In this document: positions 13,517 to 27,130 of the stretch, piece by piece | Layout: each line of letters begins with the position of its first letter | Numbering within the stretch: the first letter of the stretch is position 1 | NCBI GenBank assembly: GCA_951406725.2 | Contig: OX597828.1 | Span: 56,606,001-56,670,000, forward strand | DNA: 64,000 bases | From: Octopus vulgaris | Lineage: Eukaryota | Direction: 5' to 3' | Translations under genes and position numbers: made by a program | The notes under the pieces: model-generated | Database searches by the model: none | Told to the model about the DNA's origin: nothing | What the model saw: the letters and a program-made list of their open reading frames with translations, nothing else

Positions 13517-14058
13517 ATGAATACAATCCTCCAAACACACACGATCATAAAAAGCAAGAGACAGCCTAAATCTATGAAAAGTCTCCTAACACAAGCCCGA
13601 ATACACTCTTCAACACAGACGCCGACAGTAAAAAAATGTGGAAGACCCAATTGCGGGATATGTGATTATCTAATTGAGGGATCAGAGTTCTCCTTCAAAC
13701 AGGGACAACGGTAAAAAGCAACTTCACATGTGATTCGGAGAACCTGATATACACACTAACCTGCTCTGGGTGTCAAGAGCAGTACATAGGCCAAACGAAA
13801 AATAGTTTGCGTAAAAGAATGGCCCTGCACAGATCCCAGATAAAAATTCCCCAAAATAGAAAAATAACATTCAGCCAACACAGAGTTACTTGCGCCAACA
13901 ACAAAATACCAAACTTCAGGATTTTCCCCCTCTACCATTTCAGGAACGATACAAACTCGAACCAACGAATAAGTAAAGAAACTCTCTTTATTACAAAATA
14001 TAAGCCTCTTCTGAACGGGTCTACGACAAACGAAATATACACCTCGGCTTTAGAATAA
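13517..14058 (+). pseudogene. Penelope-like GIY-YIG endonuclease C-terminus, one frameshift near 13711
   Basis: KKCGRPNCGICDYL linker, then from 13711 KSNFTCDSENLIYTLTCSGCQEQYIGQTKNSLRKRMALH...FSQH...KETLFI (IY-CxxC-YIG, conserved R, H, H, E). Confidence 0.88.
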
Positions 14059-14824
14059 CAGAAATCCACACGCAAATATTACATTCCTAAGAATCCATTA
14101 CAAATCAGCCCCAATCACAGCTATAACCCATAACGTGCCAACTTTAAGTCATACAACACCTCACTACTTCCACTCATTCATATTCTCCCTCCTCTTTCTT
14201 CTTCTTCTTCTTCTTCTTCTTCTTCCCCCTCTTCTTCATCATCATTATCATCATCATCATCATCATTATCTACTTCCTCTTCTTCTTCAGCATCATCAAC
14301 ATCGTCGTCATCATCATCATCATCATCATCATCATCTTCTTATTCTTCTTCTTCTTCACTTCTTCTTCTTCTTCTTCTTCTACTTCTTCTTCTTCATTTC
14401 TTCTTCTTCTTCTTCTTCTTCACTTCTTCTTCTTCTTCACTTTTTCTTCTTCTTCATCTTCTTCGTCTTCGTCTTCTTCTCCCCTTCTACTTACTAACTT
14501 TATCACTAATGCTTTTTAGTATAACGCCTACGCAAATTCTATAAACAAATCTTTCAATAGAAATATTCTCATGAACTGCTAGCCGCCACAGACCAATCAA
14601 AATACAACAATCAAGGCAAACCCAAATTTTCTCTCCCTCTCCTCATCATCCTTCTTCTTCTTCCCTACCAAGAATTCACAACGACCTCGAACCCACAAGT
14701 ATGAACAAGAGAGACAGAGCAAGGCAGAAACAAGGAAAATGCCACATATATTTGAACACTATACAAATATTCCTTTAAAAAAACATTTCTTTTAATTTTT
14801 CTAAATATAATTATTTAATCGCTA

Positions 14825-14862
14825 CAGTTGAAAAGGTCTCAAAATGATTGAAACCGGTACTG
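14825..14862 (+). ncRNA. Minimal hammerhead-like motif, U3-A8 core variant (3' pLTR)
   Basis: CAG-TTGAAAA-GGTC-TCAAAAT-GATT-GAAA-CCGG-TA-CTG. Palindromic stem III ACCGGT, GUA site. Confidence 0.6.
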
Positions 14863-14904
14863 AAATGTTCTTTATCAAATTATTTTAGTACTTTCTATTT
14901 TAAC

Positions 14905-14970
<66 letters not shown>

Positions 14971-14977
14971 ATATGTA

Positions 14978-15032
<55 letters not shown>

Positions 15033-15105
15033 ATATGTATATATGTATAAATATATATATATATGTGTGTGTGTGTGTGTATGTGTGTGTGTTTATGTAT
15101 GTATG

Positions 15106-15139
<34 letters not shown>

Positions 15140-15664
15140 CATAAATATATGTATATATATACGCACCAACCTACGTGAGGTTTTTCTACTACGCCAGCAG
15201 CAAGTACACTGATAAATACTACTGTATGCATACATTAAATGTGTACATGTGTTTGTGTATTATTTGTATGCGATTGTGCGTTATCGATATATGTATAGGT
15301 CTATGTGTATTTATTATTGTACAGTATGTTCTCTCTATCTCACTTCCCCTCTCTGTTTTACTCTCCCTCTTTCACTCTATATATAGCAGTCGATAAGAGC
15401 GAGATCGAGAGAAAGAGAAAGATAGAGACCGTGAAATGCAAATCGATATTGTGTATTTTAGATTCCATAAAGATGTTTTTAACGTCTTTAACATCTATAT
15501 GGTATTCAGAAACCAAGACTACTTTAAGAATGTACTGAAGCATTAATAATGACAATAACGAAAGAAAATGTTTAAGTATTGTTCAGAAGCCACCTAAATG
15601 TTTATTAACTATTTCGTATACACTATATAAACCGGAGTAGAAAATAAGCCAGCAACATACAGAA

Positions 15665-15701
<37 letters not shown>

Positions 15702-16036
15702 GTAGTCATTTACGCAAAAACAGACAAATACCAAACTTCGAGACTAATTTGTTTCCACTTGTCCACTTTCCTACCTGAAACAATACACAATGCGCTGTTC
15801 ATTCTACCCTATTCACTTAATTCAACCAACGATACTTAATGAATAAAACAAAATCAATCCGATGTTTTACTTTTTCTTTTTTTTTTCAGAATATTACCTA
15901 AATATTACATTTATTTATATCACACAGAATTTAGATCTACCAGGCCCCGAAACTTAACTAAATTTTCACTTTTTTATATAACAAATGCACACTTTTATGT
16001 ACACGTTGGTGGTGCGTGCCTGTATCTCTATATGTT

Positions 16037-16038
<2 letters not shown>

Positions 16039-16105
<67 letters not shown>

Positions 16106-16112
16106 ATGTCAG

Positions 16113-16163
<51 letters not shown>

Positions 16164-16175
16164 GTCTATCTACCT
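16039..16175. repeat. (TATC)n tetranucleotide microsatellite
   Basis: Direct reading. Confidence 0.95.
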
Positions 16176-16239
16176 ACCTACCTACAATAACTAGCTAGAT
16201 ATTTACCTGTCTTTTTATCTACCTAACTATTTATTTATC

Positions 16240-16447
16240 ATTAGATTGCGGCCATGCTGGGGCACCGTCTTGAAATTTTAGTCGAATGAATCAATCACAA
16301 TCCCTATTATTTTAAGCTTAGTACTTATTATATTGCTCTTTTTGCAGAACCGCTAAGTTAAGGGTAGGCAAACAAACCAACACTGGTTGTCTAGTGCAAG
16401 TGGAAGGACAAACACATACACAAAGACACATATAGATATACACACAA

Positions 16448-16450
<3 letters not shown>
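16240..16450 (-). mobile_element. SINE family B, 3' half
   Basis: TGCGGCCATGCTGGGGCACC...GAACCGCTAAGTTA matches the reverse complement of the family B tail. Confidence 0.75.
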
Positions 16451-16511
<61 letters not shown>

Positions 16512-16513
<2 letters not shown>

Positions 16514-16746
16514 CGCCATGTTGATTCGCTAGCTTCTGCACGCATTTTTTTCTCTCCTTGTTTCTCTCCGTGTTTCTTTTCTGTGTATCTTTCTGTTGAA
16601 GAGCGTAGGCTCGAAACGTAAAAGACTTGTTTTATTTATATTCCTGGGCGCCATACTAATACAATTGTTTGTTTGTATTCCACTGGCCTTCGTCTTTTGT
16701 TTATTTTCATAAAGCTTCCCGCTATATATATATATAAAGCTTCCCG

Positions 16747-16795
<49 letters not shown>

Positions 16796-16824
16796 ACGGG
16801 AAGCTTTATGAAAATAAACAAAAG
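16512..16824 (+). mobile_element. Short non-coding Penelope-type terminal relic with hammerhead and fold-back end
   Basis: Contains the hammerhead at 16588-16625. End 16694-16721 is inverted at 16797-16824 across (TA)n. Relatives at ~40690-40745 and 60205-60320. Confidence 0.6.
16588..16625 (+). ncRNA. Minimal hammerhead-like motif (CUGUUGA, A6U)
   Basis: TCTTT-CTGTTGA-A-GAGC-GTAG-GCTC-GAAA-CG-TA-AAAGA. 5-bp stem I, 4-bp stem II, palindromic ACGT stem III. Confidence 0.65.
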
Positions 16825-17329
16825 CCCCTTGTGGGTAGTAAAGAAATATATATATATGCGCGTATGTGTGTATGGGAGAGTGAGAGTGAGAATAAGAGAG
16901 AGAGAGAGAAAGAGGTAAAGTAAATTTTATTCACAAATTTTGTATTATGAACTAATTATAGAATATTAGGGAACAATTTTACATTATATAACGCAGCTTG
17001 GTATTTCCATAGAAACCTTCCACTTAATAAAGTCGTTATAACTGAGGCATACTTTATGTTTTTGTTAAGCGAGAGAGTAACATGAAGAAACATAAAATCG
17101 TTTTGATGCCCGGGAATTCTATAAAATGCCTTATAGAAATCTGTCACTTTTTTGTTGCAGAAGTAGACTAATGGCATCTTAGACTGATTAGTTACCATGT
17201 TTTGAAAATCATTTAAGCAGCTTTATCGCCTTCTCTATAATTGCACATGCATCCAAGAAAAGATTACGTATTGATATTACTAGTATACGTTGCTTTTTAC
17301 TCTATATTACTGTTGATTTTCATCATACC

Positions 17330-17675
17330 GTTGCTGCTGCTGCTGTTGCTTTTGTTGTTTTTTTTGTTGCTATTTGTAAGACCCGCAGAAGAGAAATCAG
17401 GTCAACCCCCCGACAACGAGAGCATCGACAGATGAATGAATGCACATCCAGGCGCAGCGGTTGCGTAGGAAGTCGGGGACAAAAAGCAGGAAGAGAGAGT
17501 GAGAGAAAGTTGGGCGAAAGAGTACAACAGGGGTCGCCACTATCCCCTGCCGGAGCCTCGCGGTGCTTTCAGGTGTTTTTGCTCAATAAACACAGACACC
17601 GCCCGGTCTGGGAATCGAAACCACGATCCTCCGACCGCGAGTCCACTGCCCAAACCACTGGGCCATTGTACCTCC
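17330..17675 (-). mobile_element. tRNA-derived SINE (family D) with (AAC/CAG)n tail
   Basis: Minus strand TGGCCCAGTGG (A box)...GGTTTCGATTCCC (B box), TTATTGAGCAAAAACACC, simple-repeat tail. Confidence 0.75.
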
Positions 17676-18039
17676 TTACCGTTGCTGCTGCCCTCCATAG
17701 AAAACACAACTTTTGCACTGTGTATGTGGGTGTGATTACTCCACTTAATGAATACATGTAAAAGATCAAGTGATTGCGTAAATACAACATTACGACTCCA
17801 GGGACGAAGCTACATTTGTTCTTTCCAATAGAAATAGCAGGCAAATATCTCTCCATTACACTCTACTTTCTTTTGTCATGAAATTGACACTTAAGATTTT
17901 TGCTTACCACTGAGAAGACGGGAGAAACGTGTTTATATGACTATCTTAAACAGAAGTACTGGTGTTAACAAATATGCCATTGTTTCAATATGTCATAGAT
18001 TTCTGAGCGAACTCAGTGAGATTTGTCGTGGCTGCAACT

Positions 18040-18390
18040 GTCATCTACTGAAAAGTGTAACACAGGAGGGAAAAAATATTGAGCACATTTTCTTTAAATC
18101 AACATTCTAAAGAGAAACATTCTTTGATGTTGTGCTTCTTGTGTGATACGTTTTGCACAACGGACAACTTAAAGCCATCCCCAAGACATTTCATGTTTTT
18201 AGAACACTTTCATATGTCTGGTACACTGGCACCCGGATCCATTCTGCTGTAGCACCACCTAATTTTTCTGTGGATATTTTCCAGGGGATTTTCAGGATCA
18301 TTAGCTAACGACGAGAATAGAGTCAGAAATAAAAGCCTTGTGATCACCTCCGCCTGAAACTCCCCGTCATAATATTATACAGTACAATTT
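18040..18390 (-). pseudogene. Decayed propeller-end/EGF exon fragment
   Basis: Minus strand YYDGEFQAEVITRLL...TEKLGG...KLSVVQNVSHKKHNIKECFSLEC. LSVVQN parallels LTVVQN at ~50610. Confidence 0.45.
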
Positions 18391-19299
18391 CATGCATTCA
18401 TAATGTGAAGTGAAGTATGAAGTTACGAAGATGATTCTTGTTGAAAAACTCAAACACCATTTCCTCTCTTATTCATCTTATTTCACAACTGATATTTACC
18501 AGTTGCTAAAAGTAGTTTCTATCTACAGATATCAAAATGGCAGCGTCTACATATTACAAATTTCGTGGAAAATTTATGCTGTTTTTATGTTAGATTTGCA
18601 ATCATCAGTTACTACTTTTCTTATTCACTCATCAGTGTATGTATATGCGTATATATCTATATATGGGTGGGAAACACTGTGTGTGTGTGTGTGTGTGGAT
18701 GTATATAAGCATTACTTATTTATAATGTATATATGTCTTCATGTTGCATTTAATATGTTAATATTAGTTCACATGATTGTGTAAACGGAAAAAAAAAACA
18801 TACATATTAAGTTTATGTTAATATATCACTTGAGTTATCTATCAAACATGAGATTTGAATGAACCCTGACATGCAAACAGTTTCCTATAAAACTCAAAAC
18901 AAACAGAAGCACAGTTAATGGAATTTTAATCAAATTTAAATATATCAAATTAGCAGATGTGTCTGCCAACAATTTTGTACAGTGAGAAACTTGATAAACA
19001 CTTTGCAGACTTTCGAAAAGGTGATTGAAAACTATTTCAAAGATATGCGCAGACGTGTCAAATGAGACAGTGCTAAAAATAAAGGAGATGTGTGATGCTA
19101 TGCAGATATTTCACGCAAATGATAAACATTAATCTCCATTCATGGAATACGACTTACACGACAATCTGTTTTATAGTAAAAAATGTCTGTGTTGTATAAG
19201 ATGTATCTTACAATTATCTGAATTGGATTTATTTCCGTAAAATGTATTTCTGTATCTTTCAAATACAAACTAAACTCTGAAGTACGTCATTTATCATCT

Positions 19300-19593
19300 A
19301 CTTCTTTCCTGTTATCAGACTGCGACCATGCTGGGGCACCGACTTCAATTTTAGTTGAATGAATTGACCCCTGTACTTCTTTCTTTCTTTTCTTTTTCTT
19401 TTCTTTCTTAATTTATTTTGTTTTTGCTTTAAACCTGGTGCTTATTCCATTGGTATATTTCGTTGAACTGCTTTGTTACAGGGAACCAAACACAAGCACA
19501 ATTTGTCAAGCTGTGGTGATGGTGGGGACAAAAACAGAAAAATGACACGCATGCACAAACATTATGCATGTGTATATATATATATATAAACAG

Positions 19594-19667
<74 letters not shown>

Positions 19668-19810
19668 GGCGGCTTCTTTCACTTTCTGTCTGACAAATCC
19701 ACTCAGAAGGCTGTGGTCGGTCCGAAGCTATAGTAGAAGACACTTACTCGAGGTCCCACTGAACCTGTAACCACGTGGTTTGCAAGTAAGATTCTTACCA
19801 CACAGCACAT
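19300..19810 (-). mobile_element. SINE family B, diverged full-length copy
   Basis: Tail, (TA)n centre and head all recognisable on the minus strand. Confidence 0.8.
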
Positions 19811-21655
19811 ATGTAAATATAGACATATACATTTATAGGCGTGTAAGTTTAAAACTGTAAAATGTGTAATTGCTTGTACACATACACACTCATACACATA
19901 TAAGTATATATGCATATGTATTTATTCATGTACATATACACACATATATTATATATATATGTTTGAGTTGATATACTTATATGGAAAGAGTGTATGTGCA
20001 TGCGTTTGTGTGTTTGTATGTGTCTGTGTGCTTGTGAGTGTGCTATGCCTTTAAATAGCCCGCTAGCTTTTGATGGAGACGTAGTAATATCGAAGTTAGA
20101 ACGTTCTGGACATTTATATATATATATATATATATGCTACGACTGTACTATATTTAGGTGTAAGGGCAGCTTCACAAAGAATCATGAGCTGAGAAGCACA
20201 CACAAAGAAACACTTCAAGAGAGAGAACCAGGGAGAGGGATAGAGGCGGGTGGGTAGACAGACAGAAAATCAGAGAGAAAGAGGGAGAAGGAGGTGAGGA
20301 GAGAAGGCAATTCTAGCTTTATCTAACCTGAAATAAAGGCAATGTTAACCTCTGAGAAGTATGTTATCAGATCGGAGAGAGAGAGAGACACGTGATTACT
20401 TGAAGGCAGCCAAGCCCACGTTACAATAGTAAGATTTCTTTTTTTTTTTTATTGTGATGAATTTGTCTGAAATAACTTTAAATATTCTCTAATATTATTG
20501 TTTCAAATTATTCGATATATTTTTCTCACATTTTATGAAGTGATTTTTGGAGATATCATTATCATTTTGTTTCAGTTCTCTTTCAGGAACTAGCATGTAT
20601 GTACCGTTTTAGCAGAACTTTAACCTAAAATGCCCTAAAGACATTTGCATCATATTTTATTTATTTATTTATTTTTGATGTACACTTTCAGCCGACCTCA
20701 ATAATTTCAGAAATTAACCAATATTTTCTTCGTGATTATATTTGGTGTTATATATTTCTGTTTCAATCAGGTCAATCAAGACTAATGGTGCTGTGTTGAC
20801 AGCAATGATATTGCTTTTATAATTGTATGCATTAATAATGGTAATTCTATGATTTCAAATTTGACTCTAGAATCTTCTGGCCGTTGACCTGATGTGACTT
20901 TAAGTAATAATACTTGTTCTTGGGGTTAGTTTATTGCAGCCATTCTAAAGCTATTCACGGAGATCATTTTACAAAGAGTATTTCATTATATTGATTCAAG
21001 AGAGAAAAAGGAAATTATTATAAAAGTGACCTATGCCAAATCCGAAGTATAGCATACCAATAGAGTTATATACTCTTAAATAGATTAACTGGTTGTAGAT
21101 GCCAAAATGTGGCTGATAAATTATTGATAATAAACATTACAAAATGTCTAATTACTGAATACAAATGTTTCACTGATTCGATTTAGTACTGAGATGCAAG
21201 CAGACCTGAAACAAATTTGGAGCAGGAAGGAGATGTTACTGATGAACACGCGAATGGCGGTTAAAAGACTTTGACAAACTAATGATTAATCAAATAAACT
21301 ATGTATTAAATGGTTAAATCATTACCCACTTTATAAACGAAGTGAAATAGAACCAGTACGTGTGTTTATTATTGCTTTAAGAACATACAGGCTATGCAAC
21401 AATACAAGAAAATTCAGTGAGAAAGCTATTCTGCGACAAACAAAAATATAAAAAGATAAAATTCTTACATAAAATTCTCTTTATGTGGGGGCAAACTTAG
21501 ATCTGAATTACTGAGGATTCATTCGTTAGACAACATAGGTAATAAAATAAATCGTGTGAGTTTTTACGCGGTTTCATATCCAGCGGAAATTTTGGGGAAG
21601 AAATTTTTCGACATGGATTTCGTTCGCCTCATTTATCTTCTTCAATGTTATGCTC

Positions 21656-21712
<57 letters not shown>

Positions 21713-21739
21713 CCTGTGCGCATGTGGGTGTCGGTGGGT

Positions 21740-21980
21740 ATCACAACGACCTTTAACCCACAAGACTAAAAAGGAGAGACAGAGATAGGTAGGAACAATG
21801 AGAAATGCTCCTTGTATTTGAATACTATGCAAAAACTCTTTTAATCAACTTTTGATTAAATTTTTCCCAAATTTGATTGTTTTCGATACTTAAAGTTGAA
21901 AAATCTCAAAGCCTGAAACAGGTACTAAAATTGTATTTATGATAAAAATATTTTAGCATTTTCTACCTTCACTTTTTTAC
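21740..21980 (+). mobile_element. Decayed 3' end of a Penelope family related to 13368-14910
   Basis: TCACAACGACCTTTAACCCACAAG...AG-TTGAAAA-..-GAAA-CAGG-TA-CT...TTTTAGCATTTTCTA aligns to 14676-14905. Confidence 0.65.
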
Positions 21981-22242
21981 CTTACACACACACACACACA
22001 CATACACATACATACACACACATATATATATATATTTGTGTGTATGTATGTATATGTATGTATATATATATATATATGTATGTATGTATATGTGTATGTA
22101 TGTATGTACTTATGTATATACATACATATATATATGTATATATATATACATACATGATTATAAATGTATAAATGCATGTATGTAATGCTGTATGCAGAGA
22201 TGTGTGTACATCAGTATTTAAGTCTATGTATATGTATGTGTG

Positions 22243-22333
<91 letters not shown>

Positions 22334-22349
22334 CATGAACGATTAAACA

Positions 22350-23050
22350 GGTATCACATTTACGTCATGCATCTTTTCAAAGATAACAGCTTTTTCGCGG
22401 CCTTATCTTCATTCTACAACATCTGTTTCTCGGAATATTTATATCAATCTTAATCTTGTAACATCTTACGCATTATTTTAACTCACATTTATCTTAACAC
22501 TTTTTGTTTAATACCTAAACAGCCTTTATCTAGGCTTTCAATCATCACCGAATATGTATTTTTCTGATATGTTTCACTTTGATAATATCAAAGATCATAT
22601 TACAATATTAACCCAAACTATCATTGCTCTATAACATCAAACGTTATCTGATATTGCAGTATTTTTCCTTGATCTTATAATATATATCTAATACACAGTT
22701 TTCCATCTAATCACACCTAAGTACAGAATTTCATTTGATTTACGCCAAAGACACGCATATCTTTTCCTTGCAACTATATTAGAATAACAATTCTTTATAC
22801 CTCTTGTATCTTTTGACGAATCTGCTATCAAACCGAGCTAGGTTCACGCTATCTCGATCGCTAAAAGTTCGGAAAGATATGATTAATGTCTCGCTTATTG
22901 GATCAGTATTTCTTTCAGATTTCATATTAAATACAAAATTCAGATACATCATGTCTGACTGAAAAGAATGTTTCAAGCGTGAAAAAAACATACTAAAATA
23001 TGATGTTGGATGCCTCATAAATATGATGAATGTGTCTCGTATCATGTACG
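22350..23050 (-). mobile_element. Highly decayed non-LTR RT fragment (L1/Tx1-like?)
   Basis: Minus strand RNTDPISETLII (cf. RQGDPLS), EILYLGVI, DKGCLGIK, with many stops. Confidence 0.35.
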
Positions 23051-23141
23051 TATATGAATAATATTCAGTCCTACTCGTCTTATGAAACACAAATTTTAAG
23101 ATAACATCTTTGATAGATACTAAATAGCCGCAAAGTTACAG

Positions 23142-23191
<50 letters not shown>

Positions 23192-24269
23192 TATGCGTTG
23201 TTTGTAAGTCTGTGTGTACCTGTTTCTATTATGTATGTGTGTATATGTGGGAAAAGATATGCGTGTCTATTCCTGACTTATATTTTCTAATAAAATGTAA
23301 TGATTAACAAATGAGACTTGACTTATTTAATGATGCCTCTTTCCATTGACCGTTCTAATCCTACTAAAGGTTATTGGTTTCTTGCCAAAATATACACGCC
23401 AATGACATAAATTATCAGTATTATAAGAATCGATCTATCCTAGTACTTTGGTAGATTCTTCAGGTAACGAAATACAAAAGATAAATTTAAAGTACGGTTG
23501 TGTGTGAAACTTCAAGATCATAGTTTCTGTGTGAGTAGCAGCGTTGCTAGGCTTATTTTCATTGAAATATATACACTGTATTTATAAATAATGTAATTTA
23601 TGTAATATATTATCTATCTGTCATTGTACACGATGCAAATAGATATAAGAAATATAAGTCGAGTGGACACTGATGAAAATGAATCCTACTAATTAAAAGA
23701 AAACGACCCGAGATTTGTATTTAATATATCATTTTCCACTATTGTTTAGTAACGGAAATATTTTAATTCCTTCCCATTATATTGGCTGGCTATTAAAGAA
23801 AATTAAATACGTTGTACTCTGTTACTAATGATCGAACATTAAGATAGATCATTACATTGGTTGTCGTTTTTGTGGATTTACAGATTTTATTCGTAATGGA
23901 ATCGATAATGTTATTTGAAAATATCCTTCTATTTGTTTGTTGAGATAATTTTCTATCAGCCAATCCACTTAAGATTTATGTTTCACTTTTCCTCGATTAA
24001 CTCATCATTGAACGTGTCTTGACGGGAGACGACTGCAATTTTTCTCTGATTGATGCTTTAGTGCACAGCATATGATTGATTACATCGAATAGAATTATAG
24101 TGTGTGTTATACAAAACGACATTCGTTCTAATTTAACCTCAATAATTTCAAATGATATTTGAAAGCGAATGTTATTTACTTCATGCAGCACTGCATTAAC
24201 ATTTCAAGAAATAATATATATTTGATTTAAATATGGTTTCAATTTTTGGCAAATACCCATCTGTTTTTG

Positions 24270-24440
24270 AGGAAAGAGGGAAGCTAGATTTCATCGACCC
24301 CATTACTTCACTGGTGCCGGTTTGTGGAAAGATGAATAGCAAAGTCGACCGCGGTGGAATTTGAAATCTGAAGGTAAAGATGGACGAAATGCCGCTAAGC
24401 ACTTTGTTCGGAGGTAGAATGGTTTTGTCAGCTCTCCACC
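24270..24440 (-). mobile_element. SINE family A, diverged
   Basis: GCAAAGTCGACCGCGGTGGAATTTGAA matches the reverse complement of family A. Confidence 0.7.
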
Positions 24441-24705
24441 TCAAATTTCGTTCAATAATAAATACAAATGCCCTTATATAGTACATTTATAATACAAGCA
24501 CACTTAAATGATAACATTCCTTCCGTTTAAGTGCAGAAGAGAAATCGTTTTAGGACTTATGAGAATTATGTACTACTTAATCTTCTGAATATTTGTGTTC
24601 TTACATATCCGATCTACTTTCTCTTTAGACATTCCATCGGCTAATGACAGTTTTGTAATTACTTGAGTTTAGTGGAAATTATTGTTACTTTCAGCCGTTA
24701 TTATT

Positions 24706-25213
24706 TACCTCATTTGTTTATCCTCTGCACTTGTACGTGACAGTGCAAATTATAGTTGATTATTGGAAAAATCTGTAGACAGTTTCAAGCAACACTACGA
24801 GTGTAATTTCTCCTTTCAACTTTAAGCGATTTTTCGCGATTTTCAAAGATTAGAAAGCTAATTTCCAAATGGAAATGAACGAATCGCCAATATATCAAGT
24901 ATTTAAACGGGGGATCAGAATGTACTGAATAGTTATGCCATTAATATAGTTTCTCACATAATGCATTAGCACTTAAATTCTGTATGGCGAAATATACAGT
25001 AAAACGACATCTCGTGGCAGGCAGAGCACTTCAAGAGATTCTAGACAAATCCATCACTGTTATATTGTGGATGTTATACATTAAATGTGTTCCATTAGAA
25101 ATGACCTGTTGAGATTCGATTTAGTAGAATTTTGCGATATATTCACAGTATGCGGGAATAAACTCAACTTGTTTGACAAACAGCTAGTCTGATAGTAGAG
25201 CACAGAAGTATAT
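24706..25213 (-). pseudogene. Decayed YWTD-like exon(s)
   Basis: Acceptor ttcctag|, ILLCST..., HSDPPFKYLIYW, LKLKGEITLVVLL, donor gag|gtaaat. Confidence 0.45.
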
Positions 25214-26302
25214 CTAGGAAGTAGATGATGTTTAGAAAGTATTCTTTATCTCTAAAAAATAAAATAATAATTACTGCGAACTGACGGCGGAAAACCGATA
25301 TCTTGAGATGAAGACGTTTATATCTCATAAACATCTAACACAACGCATCAGATTGATCCGTTCCAACTGATGGTATTTTAAATAACTTTTTAATATGTGA
25401 AACTGCACGTATCTCATAGGAATAAACGAATAAAAAAAGGCCACGTTCCTATCATTTTTGACGGTTTAATTACACAAAGGATACCGTCTGCAAAATTGTA
25501 TTATAATTATGTAAATATAATTTCATAGTTTTAGACACCATAAGGTTTCGTGATTTCGTGTCTAAATATATACATCGATGCATCTGCATACAGATAGATG
25601 TGTGTGTGTGTGTATGTGTGCGTGTGTGTGTGAATGTGTTATCCTTTACATTGAAAGAGGTAGAAGGGACAGTTTCAGAAAGACAGACATGGCAAGTGGA
25701 CTGTGTGCGCGTGTGTATGCGTGTGTGTGGGCGCGTGTGTGTGCGTGCACGTGCATGTGAAATCGATAAAATAAATTTAGCTATTTTTATAACAATTATA
25801 GGAAATCGGCATTTCGTTATACAACCATAATATACTACGAAGTATATTAAATGTTTTTATAAGTCAATAACTTGTACTACTGATTTAGCAGTGGTTTTAA
25901 TTCACATGGCACGGTCATCTCTACAGATTGTCCATAGAAATTATAGCCAGGAATGATTTTGTTAAGATGTTTCGTATCCAAGACATCAGATAAAAAGATA
26001 CAATGAATTCAGGAAGACAAAATGGTTAAAAGACGTATTTTCCATATTTCGGGAGTTTTTGCTTCTTTATCAGTACCCAACTAACCCATTAATCATATAC
26101 GAGAACATTGTTTAATTAGCGACTACAGATAACAGTATAATGTTATTGGATGTACTAATGTACACATTTCTGGAAGGTGGTACCTAAATGAATTGTAGAA
26201 ATACAGCATTTCATTATGCAACCATAATATACCGCATAGAATATTAAACGATTTCATAACTCAATACCTTCTACTACTGTGTAGATATTGCTCTTATGCC
26301 AC

Positions 26303-26631
26303 GTGTTAAGGTCAACGCTACAGATTTTCTATAGGAATTATGAAATGTCGTAACAAAGTCAGTACATCTTACAAATCGTTAATACTTACGTATCAGTTTC
26401 CAGGAATGTGTTTATATGTAAACTGGTATATCGGTGACTATTTAAATAATGAGTTCCTATAGATAATGGGTTACATGGGTGTTAATGAAGAAGCAAAAAA
26501 TTCCAAAATATAAAATTTAGATGCCCATTGCCAATTTTCTCTCACTGTTTGTTTACATACATCGTCTCGGATACGAAACGTCGTAAGAAAATATAATTAC
26601 TATAGAAAATCTGTAGAAATGACTTTAACAC
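26303..26631. mobile_element. MITE-like element with ~32-bp imperfect TIRs
   Basis: GTGTTAAGGTCAACGCTACAGATTTTCTATAG (26303-26334) vs CTATAGAAAATCTGTAGAAATGACTTTAACAC (26600-26631). Confidence 0.6.
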
Positions 26632-27130
26632 TTTAGTTGCTTTAGCTTCTGTCGTCCAGCATAACTAATGTAAAGTACATTGTATTATATTTACACAAAA
26701 GACAACATTAGTTAAGCATTAAGAATGAACGTTCAAATACAAGCGATGAAGCGAACAACCAATGAGAGGCGCTGTTGTAGCAACACAGTAGGAACGCTCT
26801 TCTCTTCTTCCTGTTACAATATGTTGTTCATAAACCCATGGGGGTTAATTCTATCTCAAATCGGCCGCCTGATATGGCGCCCTCGCTTGTTCTCGGAAGG
26901 TTATCTCCCTTATCAGTCAATAGATAATGCTCTGTATATAATAATTCTTTGTTCGTCGCTAAGAGTTTTTTTTCACTGTTTTTGACTGTAGAATGCTAGT
27001 ACGGACTTCCTCCCCTAATTACTTTTAGTGATGATTGTATTTTTGCCTTGTTGTTTTAAATAGCATCTCTCGACTTTAATATTTGACACATAAACACACC
27101 CACACACGCACACACAGACACACACATATA

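Larger units (their letters stand above)
13368..14910 (+). mobile_element. 5'-truncated Penelope-like retroelement (Neptune-type) with inverted terminal repeats
   Basis: 123-bp inverted repeat 13368-13490 / 14788-14910, an internal GIY-YIG coding region, a (TCT)n/(CAT)n 3' region, and TA-rich microsatellites on both sides. Confidence 0.85.

Noticed and set aside
14135-14497. Poly-Leu/His/Phe/Ser ORF
   Set aside because: Trinucleotide repeats (TCT/CAT) in the 3' region of the Penelope element.
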